Below, piece by piece: positions 45,701 to 59,600 of a DNA stretch of 64,000 bases (position 1 is its first letter; every line of letters starts with the position of its first letter). Position numbers and translations under genes: made by a program. Source of the DNA: Heptranchias perlo (lineage: Eukaryota); the NCBI RefSeq assembly GCF_035084215.1, contig NC_090351.1:33728001-33792000 (forward strand), written 5' to 3'. The notes beneath the pieces were generated by a model. The model was not told where the DNA came from. It made no database searches and saw only the letters and a list, made by a program, of their open reading frames with translations.

Positions 45701-48354
45701 CGTGAAATTTTTGGTTGGATAGTTGGACAGGCCACGAATTGCGTGTGAGCAACACGAGTCGTATTTCCAGACCTCTGCCCACTTCCTGGAAGACTCTGCA
45801 CTGCTGCGGAGCCTCGGAAAATCAGTGCTGTATTTTTCTTCCCAGATGAAACATTGAACAGACATTTTAGTCGTGTATAATAAAGTATATCACTGAGAAA
45901 AGTACCGTAAGATATTTGTAGTCGTAAGTTAAACCTTGGATCGATGCCAGATTGTTCAATACCACAGCTGTACCATCCTGTATCTCCCGAGCGAAGAGCC
46001 TTCATAGTAACAACGAATATTCCTTCTCTCTTGTTATCTGTGATTGACATTCTTCCTCGCTGTCCATCTTGCTCACTTGTTTTTACTAAAACTGAACAAC
46101 TACTAGTCCAGCCATGACACCAGTATTTCACATATGACCAGTACGTATGTTTGTCATAGTGACAGTCTATTGTGATCGCTCTTCCCACAACTCCATTTAC
46201 ATTTTTTTTTGCCCACAATGCACCTGAAACTGAGAAGACAGCACTTCAGAAATTGAACAGGAAGTAACTGCTAAATACAAACAGATACATTTTTATAAGA
46301 ACTTCCACTGTGTACAGAAGAATCTCTCCACTACGTCCATTAATACAGTTGAATTCCTTGTAGTTTGTGATGAAAGAAAGAACATTAATTTCGTGCCTTA
46401 TCACATCCTCACGATGTCCTAAAGCACTTCCCAGCCAGTGAATTACTTTTGAAGTGTCGTCACTATCTTTGAACAAGAACAGCAACAACAGCTTGCATTT
46501 ATATAGCACCGATAACATAGAAACTCAAGCTAAGACATAATCAAAATTAAATGGATACTGAGATAAGGCAGGAGATATTAGGAGAGGTGTGTAACAGCCT
46601 GGTCAAAGAGGTGGGTTTTAAGGAGGGTCTTAAAGGAGGAGAGGTGGAGGATTTCATACAGGGAATTTCACAATGTGGTGCCAAGTTGGTTGAAGGCAAA
46701 CCCATTCCCACTAATGGTGGGGCAAAGGTAGGGATCGATGCACAAAAGATCACAGTCAGCGGAAGGGAGATTTCGTGAGGGAGTTGGTGAGTCGGGCTGA
46801 AGGAGGTTACTCAAATAGTGAGGGGCCATTTCATGAAGGAATTTAAACACAAGGATGAAAGTTTGAAGTTTTGAGAGACCGAAAGCCAATGTAGGTCAGC
46901 AAGGACAGGGGTGATAGATGAGCGGGACCTGATAGCAGAATTTTGGATGCGTTGATGTTTATGGTGGGTGCAAGAGGGGAGGCAGGCCAGGAGAACATTG
47001 GAATAGTTCAATCTGGAGGCAACAAAGACATGGATGTGGGTTTCAGCAGCAGACGGGTGGAAGTAGGCAGACTTTGTAATGAACTTGATATCTGCAGGAA
47101 AAGTGCTCCAGATTGTCTGTAAGATCAATGAGCAAGACCTCGAGGGTATTAATCACAGGATTATTCCCAGTGCCACATGGTAATCAGTATAAGAATAGTA
47201 AGATAAGAGAAGTAATTTTGTGACTGGAGAGATGGTTCAGAAGAAAAGGGTTCATATTCCTGGCACCTTGGGACCAGGTGTGGAAGAGGAGCATCCTGTA
47301 GAGGACGGGAGGAGTTTACTTGAACAGCGCCAAGACCAATGGCCTTGCTGGGAGAGGAACTCATGCTGTGGGCAAAGAGTTTACTCCCAAATGGCAGGAG
47401 GGTGGTTAAAAATAAGCTGAAGAGGCACGAGGAAGAGGACGGAGGGCTGAGGATATAGGATAGATAAAAGAGGGAAATGGGGAGGGGAAAGAGATCAGAT
47501 CAGAAAGAGGAAGGTTTGAAAAGAGAAAGATTGCCATAACAGAGGCGTGCTTCAGTTGAATGTTCAAAAAGTATTCTGCATAAAATTGGCAAGTTGAGGC
47601 ACAAATATTTATGGGGAGGTTTGATATAATAGAATTAACAGACTCATGGCTTAGAGTAGGGTGAGACTGGGAGTTTAACATTGCTGGTTACAAAATAGAT
47701 TAGTCCAAAATGGTGGCGGGGAGGCAGTATTAATCAGAAATTCCATTACAGCATTAAATCATAAAGATGATATGGGGCTGAATCTACTTGGTTAGAGTTA
47801 AAGAAGAAGAAGAAAACGGTTCCTTATTAGGAGAGTAATATCGACCAAACAGTGGGCGTCCTCTCCCAGTGAGGAACAGTTTCACTGACAGAGCCTCGTT
47901 AAACAATATTTCATCGGCTGTACTTTAAATAACGAAAACAGTTGCAAATTTGTGACATTTTCTATTTGAGGGATTATTACCACTGCAGTCTTCAGTGTAT
48001 ATTGGCCTTCAGACTACATTATAAAAGTCACTTTTTTACGGATTAAAACTGGTTGCCTTTGCATTTTGATTGTTGCTTTTGCAGCTTTTAAAAAAATGAA
48101 ATGGAACCTTTATTTTCCACTCACAATTAAGAATGCATTTTCGTCTGGCAAATAATACAGTGAAAAAGAGATACAAGACTATATGCAAATGTACTTCTGC
48201 TGAGTATTTTGTGCCTTTACATTTCTCCAAATATTTAAACATCTCTGCTGTTTAAACCATACACGAGACTTAAACTAACACTGATTATCTGAATATCCAG
48301 CTCTGGCGGTCACTCACCGGGCAGGGAACAAATGAGAAGAATCAGAATCCGCAT
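39736..48354 (-). CDS. Gene B: activating-type CD300/pIgR-like Ig receptor; exons 48318-48354, 45906-46229, 42548-42871, 41638-41761, 40689-40779, then terminal exon 40091-40159 or 39736-39783
   Basis: Paralogous leader, V, C2 and stalk exons in intact frame; TM YIVWSVLRWVLFALLVICTVSVTTCT contains Arg; short tail without Tyr motifs. Choice of last exon is uncertain. Confidence 0.82.
40205..40620 (+). mobile_element. Deu-domain SINE copy in the intron after the gene B TM exon (duplicate at ~57131-57546)
   Basis: A-box tggctcagtggt and B-box gggttcaagtccc followed by the family core. Confidence 0.75.
40689..40779 (-). CDS. Gene B transmembrane exon with Arg (activating type)
   Basis: Acceptor tttctccccttttgctcag, phase 2; (S)YIVWSVLRWVLFALLVICTVSVTTCTRKTK; donor AAG|gtaagg. 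Confidence 0.88.
41638..41761 (-). CDS. Gene B stalk exon
   Basis: GLVYECEVYSKVSPTTPCSTSKNINSTENRTTSSGSTSASK; same splice sites as gene A. Confidence 0.8.
42548..42871 (-). CDS. Gene B C2-type Ig exon
   Basis: Paralog of 25770-26093 with 5 amino-acid differences. Confidence 0.9.
45906..46229 (-). CDS. Gene B V-set Ig exon
   Basis: Paralog of 29126-29449 with 10 amino-acid differences; same splice sites. Confidence 0.93.
48318..48354 (-). CDS. Gene B exon 1, signal peptide
   Basis: Identical to gene A exon 1 (offset 16780). Confidence 0.88.
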
Positions 48355-50470
48355 TGTTTTATTCACAAAGAAGAGATCAGCACTTGTCGTCAGTCACCCA
48401 GCTCTTCGTTCTCATATCTAAATAAATATCTTCATGATGCGAGGAATTTAAATGAGGAAGAAAGTAGCAGGAAGCCAGATCGTGAAACCGCAGGAAGCCA
48501 GCCGATGAAATGTTACCCCTGAGAACTTGAAATATTGTCAGTTATATTTAACAAACAAAACTAAACTAATTTTCATCAATGAATAGAAAATTGTGAAAAC
48601 AGGAATGTGAAAATGTTAACAGGAATGGAGAATGGCGACCCAAGCAAAGTATTTATGCTGAATTGTGAGGTGACATCCAGAACACAAGTGAGAAAAAAAC
48701 CTCAGACAAGTGTTGAGATTGGCAGGAAGATTCAATCCCCTCTCCTTCCCACAGTGTACTGTGTATGGAAACTAGTTTCACAGATAAAACAGTTAATGCT
48801 GTGCTTATTAACAGCATGAAGAATGTCTGGCCACATAGTCGGAAATCCCTTAAAGTCACATGTTAAGTGTCAGAATCATACCAACAACAACAACAACTTG
48901 CATTTATATAGCACCTTTAACACAATAAAATGTTTCACGGTGCTTCACAGGAGCGATTGTCATGCAAAATTTGGCACCAAGACACATAAGTCGATATTAG
49001 GACATGTGACTAAAAGCTTGGTCAAAGAGGTAGGTTTTAAGGAGCATCTTAAAGGAGGAGAGAGAGATAGAGAGGGGGAGAGGTTTAGGGAGGGAATTCC
49101 AGAGCTTAGGGCCAATGCAGCTGAGGGTACGGCCGGCAATGGTGGAGCGATTAAAATGGGGGATGCGCTAGAGTCAATAATTGGAGGAGCGCAGAGATGG
49201 TGGTGGTGAGGTAGAGCTGGGTGTGGTCAGCGTACATGTGGAATCTGACGATGTGTTTTCAGATGATGTCACCGAGGGGCAGCATGTAGATGAGAAATAG
49301 GTGGGTCCAAGGATAGATCCTTGTGGGACTCCAGAGGTAACACAGGGCACACTACCCATGATTTCCTGTTTGTTAACGTTAATGGATGGTGACATGGACT
49401 CTGGGACATTTCCAGCCACCATGTTCTTTTACATGGGTGTCGGGTTGTGGTACATTGTCCTAGTGTGCAGCACCACACAGTAATGCACACAGTTCCACAT
49501 CCACTGTTCGGGGTGAATTTTAACCTCAGGAACGGGTGGTTTGGGCGTGGTTGGGAAGGTAACAATTGTAAAAATGTAAAGCCCGACCCCAACCTGCCCA
49601 CTTCCGGTTATAACGGAGGCGGTTCGAGGGGTGGGCGACCAACCCGTTCTCAGGAGACGGGTCGGTCAGTGAAAGCTTTTAAGGAGGCTGCGGGCGTCCA
49701 TTTTGAAAGATTTTTTATTTTCAACTCCTGGGGGCCGGGATTACCGGGCCTTCTGCTTCAGGCCACGTGAGAGGAGGCAAGAAGGCCTGGATCAGCAGTG
49801 AAGTGCTTTTATTGCATTACTTGTGGGCCAGGAGGAGCAGGACTGCTTCCCCCAACAATCTCACCTGCCGCGATCGCACACATGCGGTCTCCGACACCCC
49901 CCCCAACTATCACCGAACCCCTCCCCCATGATCTCCGACACCCACCCCCCGAATGCCGCCCCCACCACGATTTCGAACCCCCCAATATCTGACCACCCAT
50001 GCCTGAGCCCCTGATGAACCTCCCAATGATCACAGACTCTAATGAGCCCCCCTGATGACCGACCCCCACCGATGGCCGAGCCTCTGATGACCCTGACCCC
50101 GAACCCCCTGATGACATCGATGAGCAACTACCCCCGCCGGCCCCCATTTAATACTTTTGTGCTGGCATCTGCTACCCCGCTGCTCCCCTGTCCGACTGAT
50201 AGCCAGCTTGTCAATCCAGCTGGACTGTCGGGCAGAAAACCTGCAGAAAAAGAATGAAATACTTCCTTTCGTCAAAATCGTAAGGACGTCTGGGAAACCC
50301 GGACTTCTAGGTTTCCAGTCAGGATTTCTGACCCCCCTCCCATGACCTGGCTCCCTGGTAAAATTTTACTCCCTCGTCTCCAAAAGATAAGACTCTTCCC
50401 CATTGGCAGGGAAAGAAAATTAAAAGCAATTGTATCCTTGAACATTTTTAAGTCGCTCTTTGGATACAAA

Positions 50471-52521
50471 GGGCCCGAATTTAGCAGGCCTGCGGGTTCC
50501 CAGCGCGTGGTCCTCCGGGAGCGTGGTCAACACGCTCGGCGAAATTAGTGGGTTGCCCGCGCGATCGTAGCAGGCAACCCACTAATAGGAATCAATTACC
50601 TGCTCCTCCGGGATCCACGGCGCTGGCCTGTGCGTCGGTCGGGCTGCGCATGCGCAGTACGATCTGTCAGCTGGAGGCTCTCTCGTTAAAGGGGCAGTCC
50701 TCCACTGACAGATGCTGCAACCAATGGGACAAATTGCAGCATGGAGCAGCCCAGGGGGAAGGCTGCTCCCAGTTTAATGATGCCTCACCCCAGCTATCGT
50801 CAGATGGGGTGAGGAGGAGGGGGAGGACACAGATCTTCCCCCCGGCGGGCGGGAGGAAGCGGCCTGCCTCTGCCACCAAGAAGGCCTGGCTCGAGGTGGC
50901 AGAGGGGGTCACCTGCGCCACCAACATATCGCCCACCTGCATACAGTGCAGGAGGCGCTGCAATGACCGCAGTAGGTCAGCCGCAGTGAGAACACGAAGT
51001 CTTTCCCCAACACTCCGTCTGCCACAACACTGCCCCCACCCCACATCTCCTTCGGCACCGCCAACACTATTCTGTCACATCACCCTTCATACCCACTCAC
51101 ACCCCATCCTCATCTTACCTCCACCTACTCACCTCGCCAGTACTCACCCTGCCACTAACACGCAACCCACTCCTCATACAATCTCATTGCTCCATCCCAT
51201 ACTCACCGTCTCGTGCATCTCCCTCACGGCCAGCCTCACTCAACCTGCCACCACCTGTGCTGCAGCCACAGGGCATGCATCACATATGTGCAGTCGGCAG
51301 CGTAAGGCAAACGTCTCGTGAGCATGAAGGGGGTGCACAAGGGTGTCTGAGGGTTTGTCATGGGTGTTACCCATATTGAATTTCAGAGCAACAAACAGCA
51401 CACATTATATTGACACCACCACTGCCATGTCTCCGCGAATCCTGTCCGTTGTGACCAATAATGCCCGCTCCTGGGTATCACTATGAGGACCCACCACTGA
51501 TGCCACCCATCGTGTTACTACAGAGTAGGTGCAGGTGTATTTGCAGGGCTCGTCCGCGCAGACGACTGAGAGACATCGGCGGTGTAGCCGGCTGCACCCT
51601 GGAAGGATGAGGAGGAGAAGGTGTGGAGGGCAGTGGTGACTTTGCCAGCGACAGGTAAGCAGTTGGTGCTGGGGCCAGCCAGGAGCAGCTCGGCATGAAA
51701 GAGGCTGCAGATCTCCACGACTACATGTCGAGCGAGTCTGCGCCTCCCTGTGCACTGCTGCTCGGAGAGGTCCGGGGAGCTGCGCCTCGGTCTGTGGACC
51801 CTGTGGCGAGGGTAGTGCCCTCTGCGACGCGTCTCTCTCTGCGGTAGCCCTCCCTCCTGCTGTGCAGGTGGGCGTGCAACAACACCGTGTTGGGGGGATC
51901 CACGTCCCTGCGGCGGACGGCGTGGACTGCGAGGCTGCTGGGGCTGGTCATGCTCTTCGTCCTCCGAGGGTCTCCACACACCACCCAACTGGCAGGTGTT
52001 GGTCTGAGGGGTTGTGCAGGGTAGGTGTGTGGTTCCTCGGACTGGGGCTGCGGTTTCGTGTCGGTCTGTCCTCTGGCTTGGCGGGGGGTGGTGGAGGGCA
52101 GGGCTTGCCCTATGTGACGCGGTGGCCTCCTGCGTGGGTGAGGGCTCTCCCCCGTGGAGCGCACCTTGGCACCTGCCACAGGCTGCTGGCTGCAACACGC
52201 CTGGTTGGAGGGAGACTGTTTCCCCCAGTGTGGGAAACTCACTGCCTTGAACCTAAAATCCCACACTTCCTCTTTTGACAGCTGCTTCAGCTCATTAACT
52301 GACCACAACGAGCAAGGTAAGTACTCTCAAGTGGAACCCCGCTGGCTTTAATTGCCTGCGGGATTCCCACCAGCGGGGCTTGCGCGCGCAGCCCCGCACG
52401 TCAGCGCGGTACCCGGAAGTGGCCGGGATTTCGTCGCGATCCGGTCACGTGACCGGAGATCGGGATTTTCGGGGCCACCCCGCTGGGAACCCGCCGGAAA
52501 CACGCTCCTAAAATCGAGCCC
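50471..52521. mobile_element. Duplicate of the Harbinger element
   Basis: Same TIRs and AAA flanks, same position in the duplication unit. Confidence 0.8.
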
Positions 52522-55500
52522 AAAGTGTCTTCGGGAGACTGGGATCAGCTGGGTGGCTGCTGTAGATTCCACTGAAGCTGGCACATGCTCCATTGGTGGC
52601 TGAAATGAAGAAAAAGCTTCCCCGATGTTGCTGCAGATGAGAACTGTAAACTCAAGTGTCACAGTTGTCAGTTGATACACATCCTCGGACCCTGACCTCA
52701 GAGCCTGCATGTCGGTGTGATGTTCCTCAAACATCCTGCTTTTCAGGAAAGTATCCATGAGTTCGGGCTCTCAGGACTCCAAAGGCAAAGGCAGCCTTCT
52801 CATCGGCCTCCACATGGACGGTGGCACATTGTTACCTACTTCTCACACCTCCAGCCCCCTTGTGCTCTGTGAATCACCACACCCTCACAAAACACTATCT
52901 AATTTTCCTCGGGTGAATGTACCTGAGCTGGTGCCTGGGATTTAAGAAGAAGGTGACAATGGTGATGAGTTGAAAGGTGTTGGGACAGAGGAACAAGGGC
53001 CATAAGGTGTCTGCAGGAAATCATGGGTTGGCTTCATCACCATCCTGGTCTACTGGTGGGCCAAGGAGACAGAGAAAGCAGTGGACGCTTGTTGGCGTGT
53101 GACACATCATAGAGATGCCAGGGCAATGGTGTTATGTTGGCAATGTGCCCAGACCTCCACATCTCCCATGGCACGAGGAGAGTGATTCCCCATGAGTTCC
53201 ATGGCCTCCTCCTCGTAGGACAAGTGTTCTAAAGTTAAGGATGGCACCCCCGCTGGGCATTGTGCACTGCTTTCTCCTGCAAGAGGATGGAATAAATTAG
53301 GGGAAGGCCAGCAGCAGAGAGATGTGTGCCAAGTGTCTGAACCAGTTTGTGGGAGTTAAGAAGCAAGTGGGAGTTAAGGGAGTTGGGCAGGAGGTCTCTG
53401 CAGGGACTCATGGGTGTGCTTGAGTCTGGCTTCATCTCCTTTCCGCCCCCTGCCATGGCAGAGTTGAAGTAAGAGCTGGAGCCTGTTAGTGTTGACAAAG
53501 GGTTTTTAGGATTGTGCATGCAAGTAATTCCCTTTCGGGGAGATGGGTCGCCATAATGTTAGATCCCAAGCTGGGAGCCCCTTAACCAGAGTGCATTGTG
53601 AAGGGTTAGTTGTGTTGCTGCTACTTTTAGATGGTGAAGAGTGTGCTGATGCCAGGGATATAAAGGGAGTGTGGCCAGTGTATTACTTGCTGGCCCTGGT
53701 CAGGTCATTAAAGTTCTTTGGCTCTTGGGTGAGAGTTTTTAGTCACTGCGAGTGCCATTTCCCTTCGGCTGGCACAGGTGATATTTCTGGCACAACTCCC
53801 CTGCTTTTCTTCAAATAATACCATGGGTCTCATATCCTCGGCAGACTGGACCATGGCTTAAAAACCAATCCGAGAGGCAGCACCTCTGACAGTGCAGCAC
53901 TCGCTCAGTACAGCATTAAAGTGTCAGGCTACATTATGTGCTCAAATCTCTGGAGTGGAGCCTGAGCTCACAACCTTCTGACTCAGAGGTGAGAGTGCTG
54001 CCACTGAGCCAAGGCTGAAGCTCGTCTCTGGACTGAGATTCCCCTCAGACCCGGCCGTATTTCCAGCACTTGGTTATTTTACACAGGGGAGGTCGACTCA
54101 TTGGTCACCATCTGTCAGGAAGCACATCTTCACACAAAGACTGGTGGAAATCTGGAACTCTCTCCCCCAAAACGCTGTTGAGGCTGGGGGTCAGTTGAAA
54201 ATTTCAAAACTGAGATTGATGAATTTTTGTTAGGTTCGGGCATTAAGGGATATGGAACCAAGGTGGGTAAATGGAGTTAAGATCAGCCCATGATCTAATT
54301 GAATGGCAGGGCAGGACGACTCCTGTTCCTATGTTCCGATGACTGACATTTCCCTCAGATCTAGCCGTATTTTCTGCACTGGGTTCTTATACATATGGGA
54401 GGCCAACTCCTTGGTCTCCACCTGATGGTCTGCGATTGATACCTTGCAGGCGTTTGGATCTTGCTGCGCAGGGAAATAGGTGGCCAGCAAGCTGTCTGAT
54501 TCAAAAATATTTTCGTTTTCTTTAAAGCCTTCAAATTTTATTCGGGGCGCCTGTGCATGGCGGCACTCTGAGAGTTTTGTTGGCCCAGGGCCCCCTCCGC
54601 CGATACCTGAACGTGACACACGTTATTTGTCTGTCAGCTGAAGAGATAAGGAGGGTAAAATTCGTCATGGGCATTCGTGCAAAATGGACACCAGCAAAAC
54701 AGCAGCCCATTTTACACTCCGCACGATTTTCGTTTCCATCGTGGCCCAAGACGAATTTCACCTCGAATTTACACTGGAAATCTGTCTTATTTATTTGTGT
54801 ACCTGATGGGTAAAAGTTTCACTGTTGACCCTGCAGCCCTCATCCCAGATTACTTTACCATAAGGTCATGTTTCAGTTCATTGGCAGCGTGTGCCTGAAT
54901 CATAACAGGCATGAAATGCATGGAGGAAGTAGTGAATTTTTGAATCTTCTCCTGATCGATAATAAGTTTTCGGAAACTGAAAAATGATGAGAGAATTCTG
55001 AAGAAATGCTGTAAATTTATTTTAAGTCTCTGCATTATTTTTGTCAGTGCCCAGCTAAGTAAATGTCTTGTCATGTACACCTGCATTCAGACCTGTTGTT
55101 CTGTTTCTTCTTCTCTCCCCTTAACCCTTCCTTTTCCCAGTTAAAATGCAAACTTGTCCCATTGATGTAATGAGACAGTTAGAGGAGCGGTAAAGGTGAG
55201 TTTTCTCACTTATAATTTACTCCTCATATCAATAGTTTTCATAACATTGAATGTCAGATGTCACAGATTTATTAAGTCTACACCTGCATTTAAACATACA
55301 CTTAACAGCAGTACTTACGACAAGAACCTTACGAGTTAAGTCGGAGGACTCAAACGCGTTACAATTCCAACCTCAGTATGTTGGTTGCAGATCATAATCG
55401 AGTCCCGAGTATCTGTTCCAACACCTACTTTTTACACCTTTTTCTTACCCCCTCTACGAGACAGTCCACACGTTACTGTATTACCAAATACAAGTCCATA

Positions 55501-56661
55501 TAAGGTGAATATTAATGATCTGCTTCCTTTGTTCCTTATCAATAATTTTAGCTATTATCCAGTTATTTTTCCATAGATTGGTACAATTCCCCAACCTTTT
55601 TATCTTATCAAAGCTTCACTCTTGTTGCTAATCCATCAAGTGAAACTACTAATTTTAAATCTGGACCATGCCATACCAATCTCTTGCTTCTAAAAAGGAT
55701 GATGTGTTTGCAGATATTTCCTTCTGCAGCAACTGATTAAAGTTCTCTGGAGTAAGCACTGGAATGTTTTTAATTAGGTTTATTCTCGAAACTGACCATT
55801 GCTTTAAGGTCAGTCTTAATTCAACAGTTCATTGGTCACTGCATCTAAATTGACTTACACTTCCTCACTCAACAGGCAAGAGCTAAAGGTTACTATTACT
55901 ACAATATAAAGAGAAATCAGTAACAGCATAACATTGGCAGATTTCAGGACAATCTGATTAACATAAATTAATGAGGCCCCCCGCCTGCTTTAGTGAGGCA
56001 ACTCATCCACATGCAGAATCTTGCAGGTTCAAATCTGAAATGGCACGAATAGGTCGGGACCTGAGGGGGAGGTTTCTAACGACCTATCCGCTCGGTTAAA
56101 GTCAACCCCTCCGTTTTTTATAAAACACACTCAATATTAATTTTAACCCAATAAAGCTTTTGAAATTTATCCTCTTCTTCCTCAAAATTATTTGAAGAAA
56201 AATGACTGAGCCGAAATGCTCGATGATTAAGAGAAATATTCCATTTGTACAGCTGACTGAATTGTCCTATTGCATCCTATGAAATTAGCTACACTATAAC
56301 TACACTGCATCATATGACTACACTTCGGCAAATCCTTTACAAATGCAGACATATAATATGAAAAATTGACACAAAAAGTGTGACAAAAATTTTACAAAAG
56401 GAAGCCAGGTTGTGCAGACAGAAAGTGGCCACAGACATAAATTTTTAATACGATCGAGATAGATCGAAAGATAGCCACCAATTCGAAGCACGCAGCCATC
56501 ATTTTAGTTTTGATTTTTTTCTCCACTAATTTAATAGTCAAGTTCATTTAATGACCAATTCCATTTTTATTGTACATTTGGTAAAACGGGAAAGCTGGAT
56601 GAACAATGAATATTTGATCAGGACACAAAATTCCATCAAGGTAGATGCAATCAGGAAATCT

Positions 56662-59600
56662 TCATCTTGCCACGTTGGCCGACCTGTGGTGATCTGATTC
56701 GTTGAGTAGCTGAAAGTGAAAATATTTAATGCATCAGATTCATTGATATTGAGAAGTGTGCGTTATTTTACATGTCAGTTCTGAACAGAATTCTATCTGA
56801 AACTGTTAACAAGTTGAGGAAAGGCCTGCGATAGACTGGAGCTGTGTTGAGATCACACTCCTCCCTCCCCCATCACCATTGCACGTGTGCTGGGAAAAGG
56901 TGTCAGTTGTGCCCCTTTTGCTGTGACACCATTTTCTCACATTCAACATGGGTTTTTCTGCAACCGTGACGGTGGACAGTTGACATCAGAAAACGGTTGA
57001 CTTTATTAAATATATTTTAGATAGTCCAGTTGAGGTTCCCAGCAACAATAGAATTAGGTCTGTGTCTGAGCACCCTGGTGCTCGACTGGATAAACAAATC
57101 AGAATGGAATCTTTTCTTGACTGTATTAGTACAGCTTGGCTCAGTGGTAGCACTCTCATTTCAGATGTCAAAAGGTTGTGGGTTCAAGTCCCAGTCCAGG
57201 GACTTCAGCACATAATCTAGGCTGGCACTTCAGCACTGTGCTGAGGGAGTGCTCTATTGTCAGATGAAACGTTAATGGAGGGCCCCATCTGTTTGTTCAG
57301 GTGGACAGAAAAGATTCCATGACACTATTTGAAGAAGAGCAAAGGAGTTCTCCCAATATTCTGGCCAAAACAGATTAACCGGTCATTTATCTCATCTGCT
57401 GTGTTTGGGACCTTTCTGTGTGCAAATTGTCTGCCACTTTTGTCTCCATAACAACAGTAACACTTCAAAAGTAACTCATTGGATGTAAAGAGATTGGGAC
57501 ATCTTGAAGATATAAAAGAGTCTATATAAACGCAGGTTCTTTCTTTATTATATCTGTGACAAATATTTTTGAAAGAATTTTTGGAGTGTTTCATACAAAG
57601 TCCTTAATCCTTACCTTAGTTTTTCTCGTACACGTTGTGACCGAAACAGTACAAATCACCAGGAGAGCAAAGAGCACCCAGCGTAGCACACTCCACACAA
57701 TGTAACTGAGCAAAAGGGGAGAAATACAAAATCATTCACAAGAAACGGGATTGCTTTGTGTCTGAAACATTTATCTCCTGTTTACACTGTAATCTTAGTA
57801 TTTTGTATCAATGTAAAGCCGCAGAACCAAGGGACTTTAGCTGGGAAACTAAACTGTTGTTTGACTTATGGAGGAAAGTCAACTTTGTGATCATTAGATA
57901 AAGGCCAAATGAAGCAAAGTTCATTAACATGTCCACAATGTGCAGCTATAAAGGCACGGCACAATTTTATAATTGAGGACTTTATAAAAGTGACTGACCA
58001 TCTGCCTGGGGCCATGTAACAGTGGTAATATGTCTCCTCAGGGATGATCACAATAACATCAACCTGCAACTGCTCATCTGCACCTTCTTTCAGGCAATTG
58101 CTGAGCAGCTGGAAACAGGCAGCCTTCCCGTTCTCTCAGTTTGGAAACAGTGTATAACATGGGCAAACTGAGAAGGTGAAAATGACGGAGAATGCAAATG
58201 CCACTCCAGAATAGTGGAAGGCAAACCAGCATTGCTGGGGTTTGGCAAGTACAACTCATCTCACGCCATGAGATTAGGTTAGCGGTAAAGTAATGAAGGT
58301 GAATAATGCAAACAGCACCACCTGAGGGGTGGCAAAATGGAGGTGCTTACTTCTTATTCTGATTCTCCACCAACAAAAATAGCACCTTTGTTCGGAAGCC
58401 AACACAACAGCATGATGTAAATCCAGCCACCATTTCCATTATGGTGAGTTATAGCCTGGATGAGTAAATGTTTGTGAACCCTTGTGCCAAATTTCTTAAA
58501 GAACATTTATTCTCTCAGATGGAAACAGTGCCAATCAAAACACCAGCAATGAGAACATTGTACCTTTTGCTGGCAGATGTGGAACCTGAAGATGTGGTTC
58601 GATTTTCAGTGGAATTGATATTTTTACTTGTGGAACATGGAGTTGTTGGTGACACTTTTGAATAAACTTCACATTCATATACAAGTCCTATTGAGGCAAG
58701 GGAATAAAGTTTAGATTCACCTGATTTTCACTTGTGGTCAACCTAGAGAACACTATTGTTAAAAGGAACCTCAGTACTTGAGTAAAATCCTGGTTGGTAT
58801 ATTGGATTTGGATGCTTTCATTTCTGTGTAATTTCCCCTCTCTGATAGCAAGGAGAGATGCTGCTAACACCTGGCAGCGGCCCATTTTTAGTGATATTTC
58901 AGTTATTTCCCCATATCCGAGTGTTTGCATTACAGAATTACTATTGGGACAGTTAAAGATCTCGGGTTGGTGGGTCTACAAACCAGATATTCCCTTTTTT
59001 GCCCCACGCAAACGTAAAGGAAAGTTAGAGCCAGGGAATGATCTCTGCCACCACCGGAAAGTGTATTCCTGGGCGCCTAGCAACCGCGATGCTGCCCTGG
59101 AGCGATGTCCTCAGTGGAATAGGAACATCAGCAGTGCATTGAGCTCATCGGGAAATATTAGACCAATAATTACTGTTGTCGATATTAGTAGACAAGCAGT
59201 TAAAATTCGTAAGGCATTCCTCGTTTAAAAGAATGTTTCATTCAGAACAGCAGATAAAGGAATGTCACACGCACACATTAAACAGTCGCCTGCTAATACT
59301 GACAACGGTCAATTCTAGCCTTTTGGGGTCAGTTTCCTGAGCTTGCCAAGTGATGGGAAACCTCAGCCACCGGGAGTGGATATCGCATATCAGGGACAGG
59401 CTCGCAAACAGATGCAATAGACATTAGTTTTAAAAATTCAGTTCCCATATTGTTTGTTTAAAGTAACACTTACCAATGCTGCTGATTCGAGCCACATAAC
59501 TGCAGTTTTTCTCTGATCTGTTCCAGACTGACACATCAACCATTTCACTGGATTTTCCTCCATTATTATTTGAGGCTCTGCAGTAATATTGATGATGAAC

